In this document: piece after piece, positions 44,296 to 58,375 of the stretch
Layout of the letters: each line of letters opens with the position of its first letter
Position numbering within the stretch: position 1 is the first letter of the stretch
Assembly: GCA_026770705.1 (NCBI GenBank)
Contig: JANJGN010000009.1
Coordinates: 163,928,001 to 163,992,000 of the forward strand
Reading direction: 5' to 3'
Source of the DNA: Isurus oxyrinchus
Lineage: Eukaryota
DNA length: 64,000 nucleotides
Program-made: the position numbers and the translations under genes
The notes under the pieces: generated by a model
What the model was told of the DNA's origin: nothing
Databases searched by the model: none
The model's input: the letters and a program-made list of their open reading frames with translations, nothing else

Positions 44296-46289
44296 AAAGG
44301 GTTGGGCCAACTTAGTTCAGGGAAGTGTAGAGTAAGAGGTAATGTGATAGAGCTGTATAGAATAATGAAAGGCTGGATTCTGTGCTTATTGATAGAATTA
44401 TTTCTGTTTGATCGATTGGAGCATCAAACATGTGTTTAAATTATTCTGCAGTAAGGACAGGCAAGATGTTGGACGATAATTCTTTTCCTAGAGAGTAGTG
44501 TGTCTATGGTGTGGTGGATGCTGACTCTCTGAATGCTATTAAGAAGGAGCTGGATTCTTAGCTGGGGTAGATTTTGCATCACAAAGAAACTAAGTAGGGT
44601 TAACAGTTAACACACACAGTCAGTTTGAATACTGAGGTTCTGCAAAGGGGTTTCAACGAGCTGAATTCTAGGTTAAGGAGTAAAAAATCCAACACGATCG
44701 GAATTCGGAATTTCTCCCATTTTCACAAACTGGACCAGTCAGGAATGGAAAGATTAGAATTGTCAATGTCTGTCTGGAAAGATGATGTAGCAAGCAGGGT
44801 TTCAAATTCTTGGGACAGAAGAACCACTTTCAAAGCTAGGGATGGCTGTGAAATGTAATGGCTTTCATGTAAACCAGAGAAACGCCCACATCCTTGTGAA
44901 AAGTGTGAAAGGGCAATGGGGTAAGATTTAAGCTGGTTAGGGTGATGTGTGAAAAGGAAAATTCACAATATTAGTCAAAAACATGAGAGAAAAAGAACAG
45001 CAGTCTAAATGAGCAGATGTGAAAGATAACTCAGATAAAGTGTCAATTGTGGTTTATATATTGTATTCACACTTCTGAGTCTAAAATTCAAACCACATAT
45101 AATCTAGTGAATCACACATTCTTCAGTGAAGTACTGAGGGAGTGCTAAACGATCAGGGGTACAGTCATTCAGATGGGAAGTTGAACCGAGGCCCTGTCTG
45201 CCCTCTCAGGTGGATGTAGAGGATCCCATGACACTATTTGAAGAAGAGGAGGGGAATTCTCTTGGTATCCTGGCCAATATTGCCACCATTATCACTAATG
45301 ACAAATAATCTGCTCATCAACAAATTGTTGAGAGTGTGTGTGCAAATTGGCTGCTGCATTTGTACATTGCAATAGAGACTATGTTGCAAAAGTAAATCAT
45401 CAATTGTTTTGTGCTTTTGGACATCCTTAGGTCATGAAAGGTGCCAAATAAATGCAAGTTCTTTTTCATTCATATTTAATCTTGTAGTTGGTACATGCTG
45501 CTACCACCGTGCAAGGTAGTGGTGGGTGGTGGGGTGGGGGAGAATATTTAAGGTGGTGGATGGGGTGCCTATCAAGGGGATTGCTTTGTCTTGGATGGTG
45601 TTGAGCTTCTTGAGTGTGAGCTGCACTCATTCAGGCAAGCGGAGGGTATTCCACCACACTCCTGACTTGTGCCTTGCAGATGACGGACACATTTTGAGGA
45701 GAAAGGAGGTGAGTTACTCACCGTCGAAATCCCAGCCTTTGATCAGCTCATGTAGCCACAGTTTTTATATGGCTGGTCCAGTCAAGCTTCTGGTCAATAT
45801 TAACCTTCAGATATTGATGGTTGGGGATTCAATGGTGGAATTGATGTTGTTTATCAGGAGGAAATTGCTTGATTCTCTTGTTGGGGATGGACATTGCCTG
45901 GTACTTATGTAGTCGGAATGTTATTTTCCACTATCAGCCAAACCTAAATATTGTCCAGGTCTTGCTGCATGTAGGCAAAGACTGCTTCAGCATCTGTGGA
46001 GTCGCGATTGGTACTGAAAATTGTACAATAGTCAGTGAACATCCCCACTTCTGACCTTATGCTGGAGTGAAAGTCATTGATGAAGCAGCTGAAGATGGTT
46101 GGGCCTAGGACTTTACCCTGAGGATCTCCTGCAGTGATATCCTGGAACTGAGATGATTGGCCTCCAACAACCACAACCATCTTCCTTTGTGCTGGGTATG
46201 AATCCAGCCCGCAGAGAGTTTTCCCCCTGATTCCCATTGACTCCAGTTTTACTCGGGGTCCTTGATGCCACACCCGGTCGAAAGCTGCC

Positions 46290-47205
46290 AGCAACAACTT
46301 GATTTTATGTAGCATCTTTAACGTGGTTAAGAGGGTCCATGGCACATCACAGGAGCATTGTCGAATAACATTTGACACTGGGACACATAAGGAGATATCA
46401 GGACACATGACCAAAGGCTTCGCCAATGAGGTAGGTTTTAAGGAGCATTTTAAAGGAGGAGAGAGAGGTAGACGGGCAGAGAAGTTCAGGGAGGGAATTC
46501 AAGAGCTTAGGGTCTCTGCAGTTAAAAGTTCAGCAACCAATTCTGCAGTGATTACAATTGGAGATGTGCAAGAGGACAGACTTAAAGGAGCTGGAGGGCT
46601 GGAGGAGAATGCAGAGATAGGGGGAGATGGAGTCATGTAGGATTTTAAAGCAAAGATGAGAATGTTAAAATTGATGTGTTGTTTAAATGGGCGCCAATAT
46701 AAATCAGCGAGCACAGGGGTAAATGGGACTTTGTGCACATTACGAAAAGGTCAGCCGCGATTCGGATGACCTCAAGTTTACGGAGATTGAACATGGGAGG
46801 GTGAGCAGGAGGGCATTAGAATAGTCGTGTAGAGATTGAAAAAGGCATAGATGAGGGTTTTAGCAGCAGATGAGCTGAGACAGGGGCAGAGTGGGGTGAT
46901 GTTACGGAGGTGGAAAAAGGTGATCTTAGTGATAGCATGGGTATATAGTCAGAAGCTCATCTTGGGTTGAAGTATGACACTAAGTTTGTGAACTGCCTGG
47001 TTTAGCCTGAGACAGATGCTAGGGAGTGAGATGGAGTCAGTGTCTAGGGAATGGAATATGTGGCAGGGACAAACAGCAATAGCTTTGGCTGTCTCGATAT
47101 TTAGCTGGAGGAAATTTCTGTTCAGGTCGTACTGGGACATGCAGCCTGACAGTTTAGAGACAGTGGAGGGATTGAGAGAGCTGGTGGTGAGGTAGAGATA
47201 TGGGT
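46290..47205 (-). mobile_element. L2 LINE 3' fragment
   Basis: NFLQLNIET.KAI and TPVLADLYWRPFKQHINFNILIFALK, typical of L2 ORF2. Confidence 0.75.
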
Positions 47206-48345
47206 CAGGTAGAACAATACCACTGGCATTTCTCATACAAGATTTGGAAAATAACTAATAGGAGATAAAATATGCATGTCTGTTTGCACTCCTTGTTTTT
47301 AGATAGCCATTTAAAAAAATCCTGGGTTATATTCAGCCTCACATCTGTCTCACTCCTATTAAGCCCCTGATCATAAGCATGCTGATTATTGCACTGCCAC
47401 TGCAAGCTTTTAAGCATAAATGAAGTGGTTGAAGGACTTCCTGGCACCGAGGAGCAGAGAACAGTACATGAGCTTTGACTTCTACAGAGATACACCAGTG
47501 AAACGGTATCAAAACTCCAAGGACCTAACTCTCCCTTTCCAGTATAAATTGCATAGCACAGAGCACGCCTCTGAGACATGTTTAAATATAAACAGACAGC
47601 CATACATTGTGGTGTCGTCATGTGCTCATTAGTCATTCAATACAACCAGAGGAACAGAAAAAAATCTTACAACTGCGATTTTGAAACAGGTTTTCTCTTG
47701 ACTCAACCCTTTCACCTTCTATTTTTAAACCTCTTACCACTTCTGAATGGGAAGTTGGTGGTTCAACCACGTGGTCCAATTTACTACATCACCGTAATGC
47801 TGAACTATTCACGTTCCTTTCCCCAAAGCCACCTGTAATCCTTTTATAGGCATTAAAGTCAGCGCAGTAATTTAATAACAGATATTTTAAAAGACAGTTG
47901 TTCATCAAATATCTCTTTTTTTTTAGCAACATAATGCAAAACTAATCATCGGGCTGGTATTACATTTTAAACAAAACAAATAGCTTTCACCACCCCAGGA
48001 GGTCCCAAAGTGCTTTACAGCCAGTGAAGTAATGGAGGAAACTTAGCAGCCAATTTGCACATAGCAAGCTCCCATCAAAAGCTATGAAATAAATGACCAG
48101 ATCGTCTGCATTTTTAGATATTGGTTTCGGGAGAACTCCTTTGAAAAGTGTGGTGGGATTTCTTTTCCTCTCCACCTTAGAAGGCAGGCAGCAGGGCTTC
48201 ATCTCATCAAAAGATGGCACCTATGGACAGTGCAGCATGCCCTCAATACTGCCAGCCTGGACTGCGCACTCAAGTTACTGGATTGTGACTTGAATTCACA
48301 AACGTTTTGACTCAGAGGTGAGAGTGTTACATACTGAGCCAAGAC

Positions 48346-48597
48346 TGAGATGCGGAGAAACTTCTTTAGCCAGAGAGTGGTGAATCTATGGAATTCATTG
48401 CCACAGAAGGCTGTGGAGGCCAGGTCATTGAGCGTATTTAAGATGGAGGTAGATAGGTTCTTGATTGGTAAGGGGATCAAAGGTTACAGGGAGAAGGCGG
48501 GAGAATGGGGCTGAGAAACTTATCAGCCATGATTGAATGGCGGAGTAGGCTCGATGGGTCGAATGGCCTAATTTCTGCTCCTTTGTCTTATTGTCTT
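48346..48597 (+). mobile_element. CR1 3' end
   Basis: gagatgcggagaaacttctttagccagagagtgg..gaatggcctaatttctgctcc. Confidence 0.85.
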
Positions 48598-50469
48598 CCG
48601 GACCGACATATTGACGAAATCATTCTCAATAACTTGTCCTGTACATGTCATTCCTATGACCTGTCAACGGCCTATTAAGGTCATTAAAAAACTGATTGAG
48701 GTTATTAATGAAACTGCCCGTCCATGAAACCTCGGGCGGGATGATGTTTCATGAGGGATTTAAAAATCTAAGAATATTTCAAAATAAAAGTTATGGACAT
48801 GTCCCAACTCTTGTGTTGGTGTCACATGGGGGGACATTGTAGTGAAATTTATTTCTCAGCTTTATTTAAAGTTTAACATCTGAGCCGATCTCCCTGAGGC
48901 AGCACTTTTCCTCAGGGAGATCTGTGCACTCCTTCGCACACTCCTGGCTGAGGGAATCCCCACCGCACCCCCCCTCACCCCGCCACACAGCGCATAGGGA
49001 GCGCATTGCACTTCCTGGCGGACATCACGCTGGGCGGGCCTTAATTGGCCCATCCACGTAAAATGGCAGTGAGCCCCGACCAGGGGTGCCAATCAGGAAC
49101 CTGCCCACTGTGCCCACTCCCACACATCCACCTGGCGGGAGGAAAATGTTGCCCCTAGGAATTTTTAGTTTGCATCAAACAGAAAGCATGTAAATATTCA
49201 ACCCGACAAAAAACTTATTTTATTCATTCTTGGGTTGTGGGGGCCATTGGCAAGACCCTGTTGTCCATCCCTAACTGTCCTTGAGAAGATGGTGGTGAGC
49301 TGCCTTCTTGAGCCGCTGCTGTCCTTGTTAGGGTGTTAGGTGTTGGGGAGAGAGGTCGGATTACTGACCCAGTGAAAATGAAGGAACAGCATTATGGTTT
49401 CTGGTCAGGATACTGAGTAACTTGGAGAGGAACTTGCACATGGTGGTGTTCCCACACATCTGTTATCTTTATTCTACTAGATGGTAGAATTCAAGTGTTT
49501 GGAAGGTGCTGTCGAAGGAGCCTTGGTGAATTGCTATTACCTCAGACTACTTTTAAAGCATTTAAATTAGACAAAGGCTAGCTCCATTTACAATGTAATA
49601 AACTCGCATTCAGCTAATACTCAGGCCTATAACAAAAACCTATTTTCAGTTTTAATGATTTGGACACTCTCTAAGTTCTCACTTTATTTGTTTGAAGATA
49701 CAACTATCAAGTGGCACTCACTTAGCAATAACCAGGTGATTGACGCTTAGTTTGGGTTCCGCCAGGATCATTCAGCTCTGACCTCAAATATGGACAAAAG
49801 AGCTGAACTCCAGAGGTAAAGCGAGTGTGACTGCCCTTGCCATCAAGGCAGCATTTGACCAATCATGGCATCATGAAGCCCCAGCAAAACTGAAGTCATT
49901 GGGGATCAGGGGGAAAACTCTCCAATGGTTGGAGTCATACCGAGCACAAAGGAAGATGTTTGTGGTTGTTGGAGGTCAATCATCTCAGTTCCAGAGCATC
50001 ACTGCTGGAGTTTCTCAGGATAGTGTCCTAGGCCCAACCACCTTTAGCTGCTTCACAATGACCTACCTTCTGCAATAAGGTCAGATGTGGGGATGTTCGC
50101 TGATGATTGCACATTCAGCACCATTCACGACATCTCAGGTACTGAAGCAGTCCATGTCCAAATGCAGTAGGACCTGGACAATATCCAGGCTTGGGCTGAC
50201 AAGTGAAAAGTAACATTCGCACCACACAAGTGCCAGGCAATGGCCATCCCCAACAAGAGAGAACCTTACCATTGCCCCTTGACATTTAATAGCATTACCA
50301 TCGCTGAATCCCCCACTATCAGCCTGGGGGGGTTACTAGAAACTGAACTGGACTAGCCATATAAATACTGTGGCTGTAAGAGCAGGTCAAAGACAGGGAA
50401 TCCTGCAGCAAGTAACTCACCTGACTCCCCCAAAGCCTGTCCACCATCTACAAGGCACAAGTCAAGGAG

Positions 50470-50880
50470 GCTCAGGTGGACGTGGTGACTGAGAAGGTTG
50501 AGGTGGAGGCAGTGGCTGAGGAGGTTGAGGTGGAGGCAGTGACTGAGGAGGTTGAGGTGGGGGAAGTGACTGAGGAGGCTGAGGTGGAGGCGGTGACTGA
50601 GGAGGCTGAGGTGGAGGCAGTGGCTGAGGAGGTTGAGGTGGAGGCAGTGACTGAGGAGGTTGAGGTGGAGGTGGTGACTGAGGAGGCTGAGGTGGAGGTG
50701 GTGACTGAGGAGGCTGAGGAGGAGGTGGTGACTGAGGAAGCTGAGGTGGAGGCCGTGGCTGAGGAGCTTCAGGTGGAGGCCGTGGCTGAGGAGGCTGAGG
50801 AGGAGGTGGTGACTGAGGAGGCTGAGGTGGAAGCAGTGACTGAGGAGACTGAGGTGGAGGTGGTGACTGAGGAGGCTGAG
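50470..50880 (+). repeat. 27-bp G-rich minisatellite, second array
   Basis: Same unit as 8880-9460. Confidence 0.95.
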
Positions 50881-51489
50881 TTGGAGAGTAAGAGAGAATG
50901 GGAGAGGTGATGAGAGAGAGTGGGAGAGAGAGAGAGAAAGAGAGACCAAGATGGAAAGGTGGGAGAGTGATAGAGGGCAGGAAACTGGAGACAGAGAGAG
51001 AGACAGTGGGAAAGGGGCAGAAAGAGAGTGGGAACACGGTGGGCAGAGAGAGAGAGAAAGTGGGAAAGGGTCAGGGTGGGAAGGCCAGGCAGGGGGATCA
51101 GGTCAGGGACACAGGCCCATGCAAGCACATTCCTGGCAGGCCTGAGGGGGAGGGGATGTATCCAGGCTGGTTTGAGGATTGGGTGGTCCTGACTCCCTCC
51201 AGGGGAAGGGGCTGTAGAAGAGAATTGAAAGTGAGAGGGGGGTGAGCCGCAGACTGCTCCGTTGGTCTCACCAGCACTTTCACCCCACTCCTCCAGTGAG
51301 GGGACTCGCACGTTTTCTGGCAGAGGCAGCAACAGCCTCAGAGAAGGTGGCAACTGAGGAGGACACGGCAATGGCTGAAGTGGAGGCACAGAAATGGAGG
51401 TGGAGGCTGCAGGTCTGGCAATACGGCAGAGGAGGAGTTGGCAAGGGCAGCGGAAGCAGAGGTGGTGGTGGAGTTGGCAATAGCAGTGG

Positions 51490-51870
51490 AGTTGACTGAG
51501 GAAGAGGCAAGAGTGGAGGAGGTTGAGGTGGAGGTGATGACTGAGGAGGCTGAGGTGGAGTCATTGGCTGAGGAGGCTGAGGTGGAGTCAGTGACTGAGG
51601 AGGTTGAGGTGGAGGCAGTGACTGAGAAGGTTGAGGTGGAGTCATTGGCTGAGGAGGCTGAGGTGGAGGTGGTGACTGAGGAGGTTGAGGTGGAGGCAGT
51701 GACTGAGGACGTTGAGGTGGAGGCAGTAACTGAGGAGGTTGAGGTGGAGGCAGTGACTGAGTAGGTTGAGGTGGAGGCAGTGACTGAGGAGGCTGAGGTG
51801 GAGGCAGTGACTGAGGAGGCTGAGGTGGAGGCAGTGACTGAGGAGGCTGAGGTGGAGGTGGTTGCCGAGG
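51490..51870 (+). repeat. 27-bp G-rich minisatellite, third array (counterpart of 8880-9460)
   Basis: Same unit; downstream flank near-identical to that of the first array. Confidence 0.95.
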
Positions 51871-53829
51871 CGATGGAGGTAGTGAATGTGGGGGTGGAGG
51901 AGGAGACATCAGCAGCGGCAGCAGCAGAGACAGTGACTGAGGCTGAGGAGGGGGAGGCAGCGGCTGTGACAGTGACAGAGGGAGAAGCAGCGAAGGCGGC
52001 AGCAGCAAAGGCTGAGGCCACAGTGAGGGAGGCTGTGGAGAGGGAGGTGGAGGTGGGGCAGAGGCAGCGAGGAGACGGTACGAGACCAGGAGCAGCAACA
52101 AAACCTGCCTTGTGGTTTGTGAGGCTCAGGGCAATGGCGACTGAGAGTTGATATCTTCCATGTGCCATGTGTGTGTCTCCGAGTCAGCGCACCGGACCAC
52201 ACTGCTTCTGCCCGATTAGGGCGCTTCAGTGGAGTCCGACACCAGTCCAGTGCCACCCAGCTCCCATTCCCGAGGACAGGTGATGGAACCTGCCCAGTGC
52301 CAGGATGAGCTGCTTGGTAAGATCGGGAGGTGGGAAGTAGAGAAGGCAGCCGACCAGGAAAAGCTGGAGGATATCTCCAGGATTACTGACTGTCTCCAAG
52401 AAGAAACTCTTGTAGCCTTCAGGCAGGGTATATATATGTTTATATAGCTGCAATTTAAAGTTACCTGCCACATCCCTTTTAACACTTTCTAATGCAGCAT
52501 CGCTCTGATCAGAATCAGATTTATTGGGGTTGTGCAAATGTCTCCCCAGCCTCTGATATAACAATAAAAAGCTGCTTTTTCCTTTCCAGTTGCAGTAAGA
52601 GGACTGTCCCAGCCTCTCACTGTGACAGGGCAGCCCAGGACTATGTCTCTCAGTGCAACACCCAGGAACACACACAGTGCAGCCCCCACATTGATTGTTC
52701 CAGTTGGTGGAGGGGCGGAAAGTGTGCATGTGGGAAGATATTGATTCTCACAACATTTCCATGGCTTTAACTCAGATTATTCTGAGTGTTTTGCCTGGAG
52801 TCAATTACAAGCAGCGTAGACAATGTCTGTGTTTTAATTGTGTCTGGCTGTCCTCGTTTTTCACAAGAAAATATGTGCAGATTTTGTTCAACTTTTATTC
52901 TGAGTGTTTTTTCTGAGTTTATGGAGATGTAACCTCATATCAATTTAATTCAGAGCACCTTCATACACTCGCACACACCCACACACACACACAAATATCC
53001 TCAATCACCCACACACCCACACACATACACACACACACAAACATGGGAATGCGTGATTTCAGTTCATTATTGACATTCTTGATCCTCATTTGTCCCTGCA
53101 ATATATAAGTGCACCAGCAATAAACACCAACAGATAAACGGGAAAAGTAACCAGTTTGGACGAGTACTACTTACATCACCAGTATTTCTGGCTGTTCCTA
53201 CTGGGCGACCGGTAATACCGGTGATATTGACAGTTTTACTGGTCCTACCTAGTTCAGAACTGGTCTTCATTTACCAGTTTGGAATTAGGATCTACTGGTG
53301 CCGGTATTACAGGGACTTCTTTCTGGGAATGACAATAAATGAATGTGCTTCTCAACTCACTGCATTGTCAACCTGAGGTCCATTGCTTTAGACATGTAAG
53401 AGTGAAGACTTTACCCATGTGGAACAGATTGCCTTTAGAGGCCTGAGTTTCTTTCCGGTTTCAATGGTTGAAAACTTTTTGTTGTGTACAGAATGGTGAG
53501 GGTGGATGTTCAATCCCAAATGAACATAATTCAGTTTCAGCGCAATTCATTAACTCCACAAATAATTTAACAATTGATGACCAACGTAAATAGAATTAAA
53601 CTGAAAAAAATGTTTTCAAAGCTGTTGCACCTTGTCATGTAGATGGTGGCTTGAAACCACAAGAAAAATGTGCTGCTATTGTTAGGATTGAGGTGTGACA
53701 GAAAGCTGTGAATGTACAACAGGTGTTAGTCACAAAATGAAGGGTTGTGTTTGCAAATGGGAGAAGAAGAAGAATTGCATTGTTACAGGGCAAACACGTT
53801 GGCAGTAAGTGTTTGAAGGTTAAGCAGCT

Positions 53830-56800
53830 TCAGCTCAGAACAGACACTGAGACACATCAGGGAGAAGGAAAGTTACCTGGATTCTTTGTGCCAGGAGGCA
53901 ATCACAGCTCTTAGGACAGGGTGAGTGTGACTGCGAGTGCGGCAGGTAAAGGGACCCAGAGGGCAGGAGCGCAGGAGCCTCAGCCTTTACAATTGTTCTA
54001 CAGGTCTGAACTTTTCTCAGCTTGTTTGGACAAGAGCAGCGGGTGAGCAGGGGGGATGAGCGAACTGACCATGGCACCATGGCACAGGAAGTCATCCAAG
54101 TGGGGGGAGCAAACAGGAATGTAGCGGTAGTGAGGGATAGTATAGTCAGAGGGATTGACTCTGTTCTCTGCAGCAAACAGCGTGAGTCCACACGAGCAAG
54201 TTGCCTGCCCGGTGCCAGGGTGTGGGACGTTGGCTCGGGGCTTGGGAGGAACTTGCATTGGGAGGGGGAGCACCCAGTCATCGTGGTCCATGTAAGCACC
54301 AACGACATAGGCAGCACAGAGAAGGTGGTTCTGCACAATCAGTATGAGGAATGAGGCATCAGATTAAGAAGCAGAACCACAAAGGTCATAACCGATGGAT
54401 TATTACCTGAGCCATGTGCAAATTGCCACAGGACAAATCAGACTCAGGAGGTGAATGTGGCTCAAAGGCTGGTGTGGAAGAAGTGGGTTCTGGTTTGTAG
54501 GGCACAAGAACCAGTACTGGGGAAAGTGGGATCTGTACCATTGGGATGGTCTACACCTGAACCGTGCTGGGACCAGTGTTCTTGCAAGCCACATAACTAG
54601 GGAGGTAGAGAGGGTTTTAAACTAAATAGTGGACAACAGATCATATTCGGGATAATGTTGTAATTCAAGGAGCAGAAACAAGTCAAAAGATAAAGGTATT
54701 ATTAGGAAAAATGAAAAACAGACACTGACAAGGGGGGATAGAGAGAACAAATCTAATAGTAAATCAACAGATGAAACTAAAAGTTTTTAAAAGCATAAAA
54801 GGATAAAACTAAAAGCTCTGTATCTGAATGCACGTAGCATTCAAAACAAAACAGATGAACTGAGAGCGCACATAGAAATAAATAATTACAATTTGATAGC
54901 CATTACGGAGACTTGGCTGCAGGAGGACATGGATTGGGATGTGAATATTGAAGGGTACAGGGTACTTAGGAAAGACAGGAAGCGAGGAAAAGGTGTAGCG
55001 GTGGCTCTGTTAGTGAATGATGGTATTAGTACAAGAGAGGAAGAAATAATTGGAGCTTGTCAGAAAGTCATGGTGATAATCATGGGAGACTTTAATTTAC
55101 ATATAGAATGGAAAAGTCAGATGGGCAAAGATAGCCTAACAGAGGATTACATTGAATGTTTTCAAGATAGTTTCTGAGAACGGCATGTTCTGGATTCAGC
55201 CAGACAGCAGGCTATACTAGACCTGCTATTGTGCAATGAGATGGGAGGAATTAACAATCTCACCATGAAGATGCCCCTAGGAAACAGTGAACATAATAGG
55301 ATGAATTTTACATTCAGTTTGAAGGAGAGAGGAGTGGGTCTGCGTCTAAGGCGGGGATTTTTGGGCCCTGCTGCTGGTGGGACTCGCTGTGGGGGAGGCA
55401 GTTCCCCAGTCAGAAGCCCCACTGACTTGCGACAGGACAGGAAGGGCCGGCGAGCGGGTGTGGAAAATCCCACTGTAAGTTTTTAAACTTTAATAAGGGC
55501 AATTATAAGGACATGAAAGCTGGGATGGCTAAAGTGAATTGGCAAAATAGGTTAAGGGACAGGTCAATCAAGATGCAATGGCTCATATTTAAGGGGATAT
55601 TTCAGAATGCACATTCCAACGAGTAAGAAAAAGTCTAAGTGACGGACACACCATCCGTGGTTAACTTGAATGTTTAAACATAGTATCAACCTCGAAGGAA
55701 AAGTATATAATTCTGCAAAGAGAGGTGGCAGGTCAGAAGATTGGACAGAATAAAAGGAACAGAAAAGAATGACTAACAGACTAATAAGAAGGGAAAATTT
55801 AGTCTATGAGAGAATATAACAGGAATATAACAACAGATAGGAAGAGTCTTTATAAGCACGTAAAAAAGAAAAGAGTGAACAAAGTGTGTGCTGGTCCTAT
55901 AGAAGGTGAGCCTGGAGAATTGATAATGGAAAACAAGGAGATGGCAGATGAATTGAACAGGCATTTTGCACCAGTCATATTGAAAATGTTAGAAGCTATT
56001 ATTAAAGAAATTATAGCAGGACACTTGGATAAGGTCATGGTCACCAGGCAGAATCAACATGGTTTTGTGAAAGGGAAATCTGTTTATCCAGTTTTTTGGA
56101 GTTCTTTGAGGAAGTAACATGTGCTGTGGATAAAGTGGAACTGGTGGATGTACTGTACTGAGGTTTCTAGAAGGCGTTTCATAAGTTATTGTGGAAAATA
56201 AAAGCTCACGGTATAGGGGGTCACATACTGGTATGGATAGAAAACTGTCTGGCTAACAAGAAACAGAGTAGGCATGAATGAGTCTTTTTTAGTTTGGCAA
56301 GATATAAGAGTGTTGTGGCACAGGGATCAGTGCTGGGACCTCAACAGTTTGCACTTAATATCAACGACTTGGATGAAGGGTTTGAAGGGATGGTTTCTGA
56401 ATTTGCTGATGACACAAAGATAGGTAGAAAGTAAGTTGTGAGGGGGACATAAGGAGGCTACAAAAAGATATAGATAGGTTTAGACATTGGACAAAGATCT
56501 GGAAAATGGAGTATAATGTGGGAAAATGTAAAATTGTCCATTTTGGCAGGAAGAATAAAAGAGAAGCATGTTATCTTAATGGTGAGAGATTGCAGAGCTC
56601 TGAGGTGCAGAGGGATCTGGCTGTCCTAGTGCATGAATCACAAAAGGTTAGTATGGAGATACCGCAAGTAATTAGGAAAGCTGATAGAATGATTTCATTT
56701 ATTGTGAAGGAGATTGAATTCAAAAGTAGGGAAGTTATTCTTCATCTGCATAGGGCACGAGTGAGACTACATTTGGAGGACTCTGTACAGTATTGGTCAC

Positions 56801-57150
56801 AATATTTAAGGAAGGATGAAATGCATTGGAAGCAGTTCAGAGAAGGTTTACCAGGCTAATACCAGGAATGGGTGGATTGTCTAATGAGGAAAGGTTGGAC
56901 AGACTAGGCTTCTATCTGCTGGAGTTTAGAAGAGTAAGAAGCGAATTGATTGAAACATATAAGTTCCTGAGGGGTCTTGACAGGGTGAGTGCAGAGAGGA
57001 TGTTTCCTCTTGTGGGAAAATGAGGGGTCACCAATTTAGAACAGAGATTAGGTGATTTTTTTGAACTCAGAGGCTCGTGAGTCTTTGGAAATCTCTTCCT
57101 GAAAAGGTGGTGAAGGGGAGGCTTCGAATATTTTTAAGGTAGAGGTGGAG
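53830..57150 (+). mobile_element. Duplicate of the CR1 LINE at 12115-15440
   Basis: Same internal deletions and same nested MITE. Confidence 0.93.
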
Positions 57151-58338
57151 TGGTACAAATCAGCAGTAACTTGTGGCAACTCACGATTCATTGGCTTTTT
57201 TCTTCATCGTCAAAAGTTGCTGATGATTTTCACATTAAAAGAGGTGTTTGTTGTTCATATCCCATTATATTTTCAGTACGTTCTAGCCCATTGTTATAGA
57301 GTTGATTTTCCAGGCAACTTTTCTGGGTGGAAACATTGAACTTTATTTACAAGACAGCAGCAGCAGCTACATGTGTGTATCTAACTCTATAACTAAAGGA
57401 CAATTCCCGTGGAGGTTCCCCATGCTGCAAATTGGTTGGTTTACACAGATCATGTTCTCTTACAACAAAGGATTATTCTTAATGTTACAGTCCTACATTG
57501 ATCAAAACTATAATTATTACATTCCTCACCCTTTACCTTTTCTGTACATTTGTATTTACAAGGATGTTGATCTCATAACATTAAAATACTTCCACAGGTC
57601 ATGAAATTATAAGCTTGGTCTTTCAAATGGTTCCATGTGGAACGTTTTAGTTTCATGACCTCAGATTCTCTGACAGGAACCACAGTCTCTGCAATAACAT
57701 CAGGTACCTCATTAGACACAGGCAGATCAGTGTCGTCCACTCCGACAGAGACATCGGGCATGACTATCCTTGGCTGTACAATTTTAACAGGAACAACAGG
57801 TTCAACAATGGCTACAGGTGGAAAATTATTTTGTGGGGTATCTCCATTCGTTTTAAATCAATCAGGAGCTTACCGGTGATCTACAAAGATTAGTAAATAA
57901 AACCAAAATATTAAGAAATCTCTGTATTCAATTTGACAACTAAATTTCAGAAATGAAAAAAATACTTCTGTTCCTGTGGGGTTTGTGGAAATTGGGAGGG
58001 GGTTCCTGTTCTAAATCACTTCACAATTCAGTATAAATACTAGCTCAGCTCATCATTATCCATATGTTCTAACTTTTTAACATTCTTGTTTTCAGGATTT
58101 TATATCCTTTCAATGAAAATTAGTTTAGTTCTTTTGTTAAATATAACTGACAGAAGTTCAAGTTCTCAGGGGTCAGATTTCATCAGCTGCCTTAATGTGG
58201 TTTCATGACCTGGCTTCCTGCTATCTTCTTCCTCATTTAAATTCCTTGTATCATTTATATTAGACAATTATTTCAACGTGAGAAACAAGAGCTGAGTGTC
58301 TGGAAACAAGTTCTGTCCTGATCTTTGTGAACAAAACG

Positions 58339-58375
58339 ATGTGGATTTTGATTCTCCTCATTAGTTCTCTGCCCG
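58339..58375 (+). CDS. Gene B exon 1, signal peptide (paralog of gene A)
   Basis: Identical to 16636-16672 including the gtgagt donor. Confidence 0.88.
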
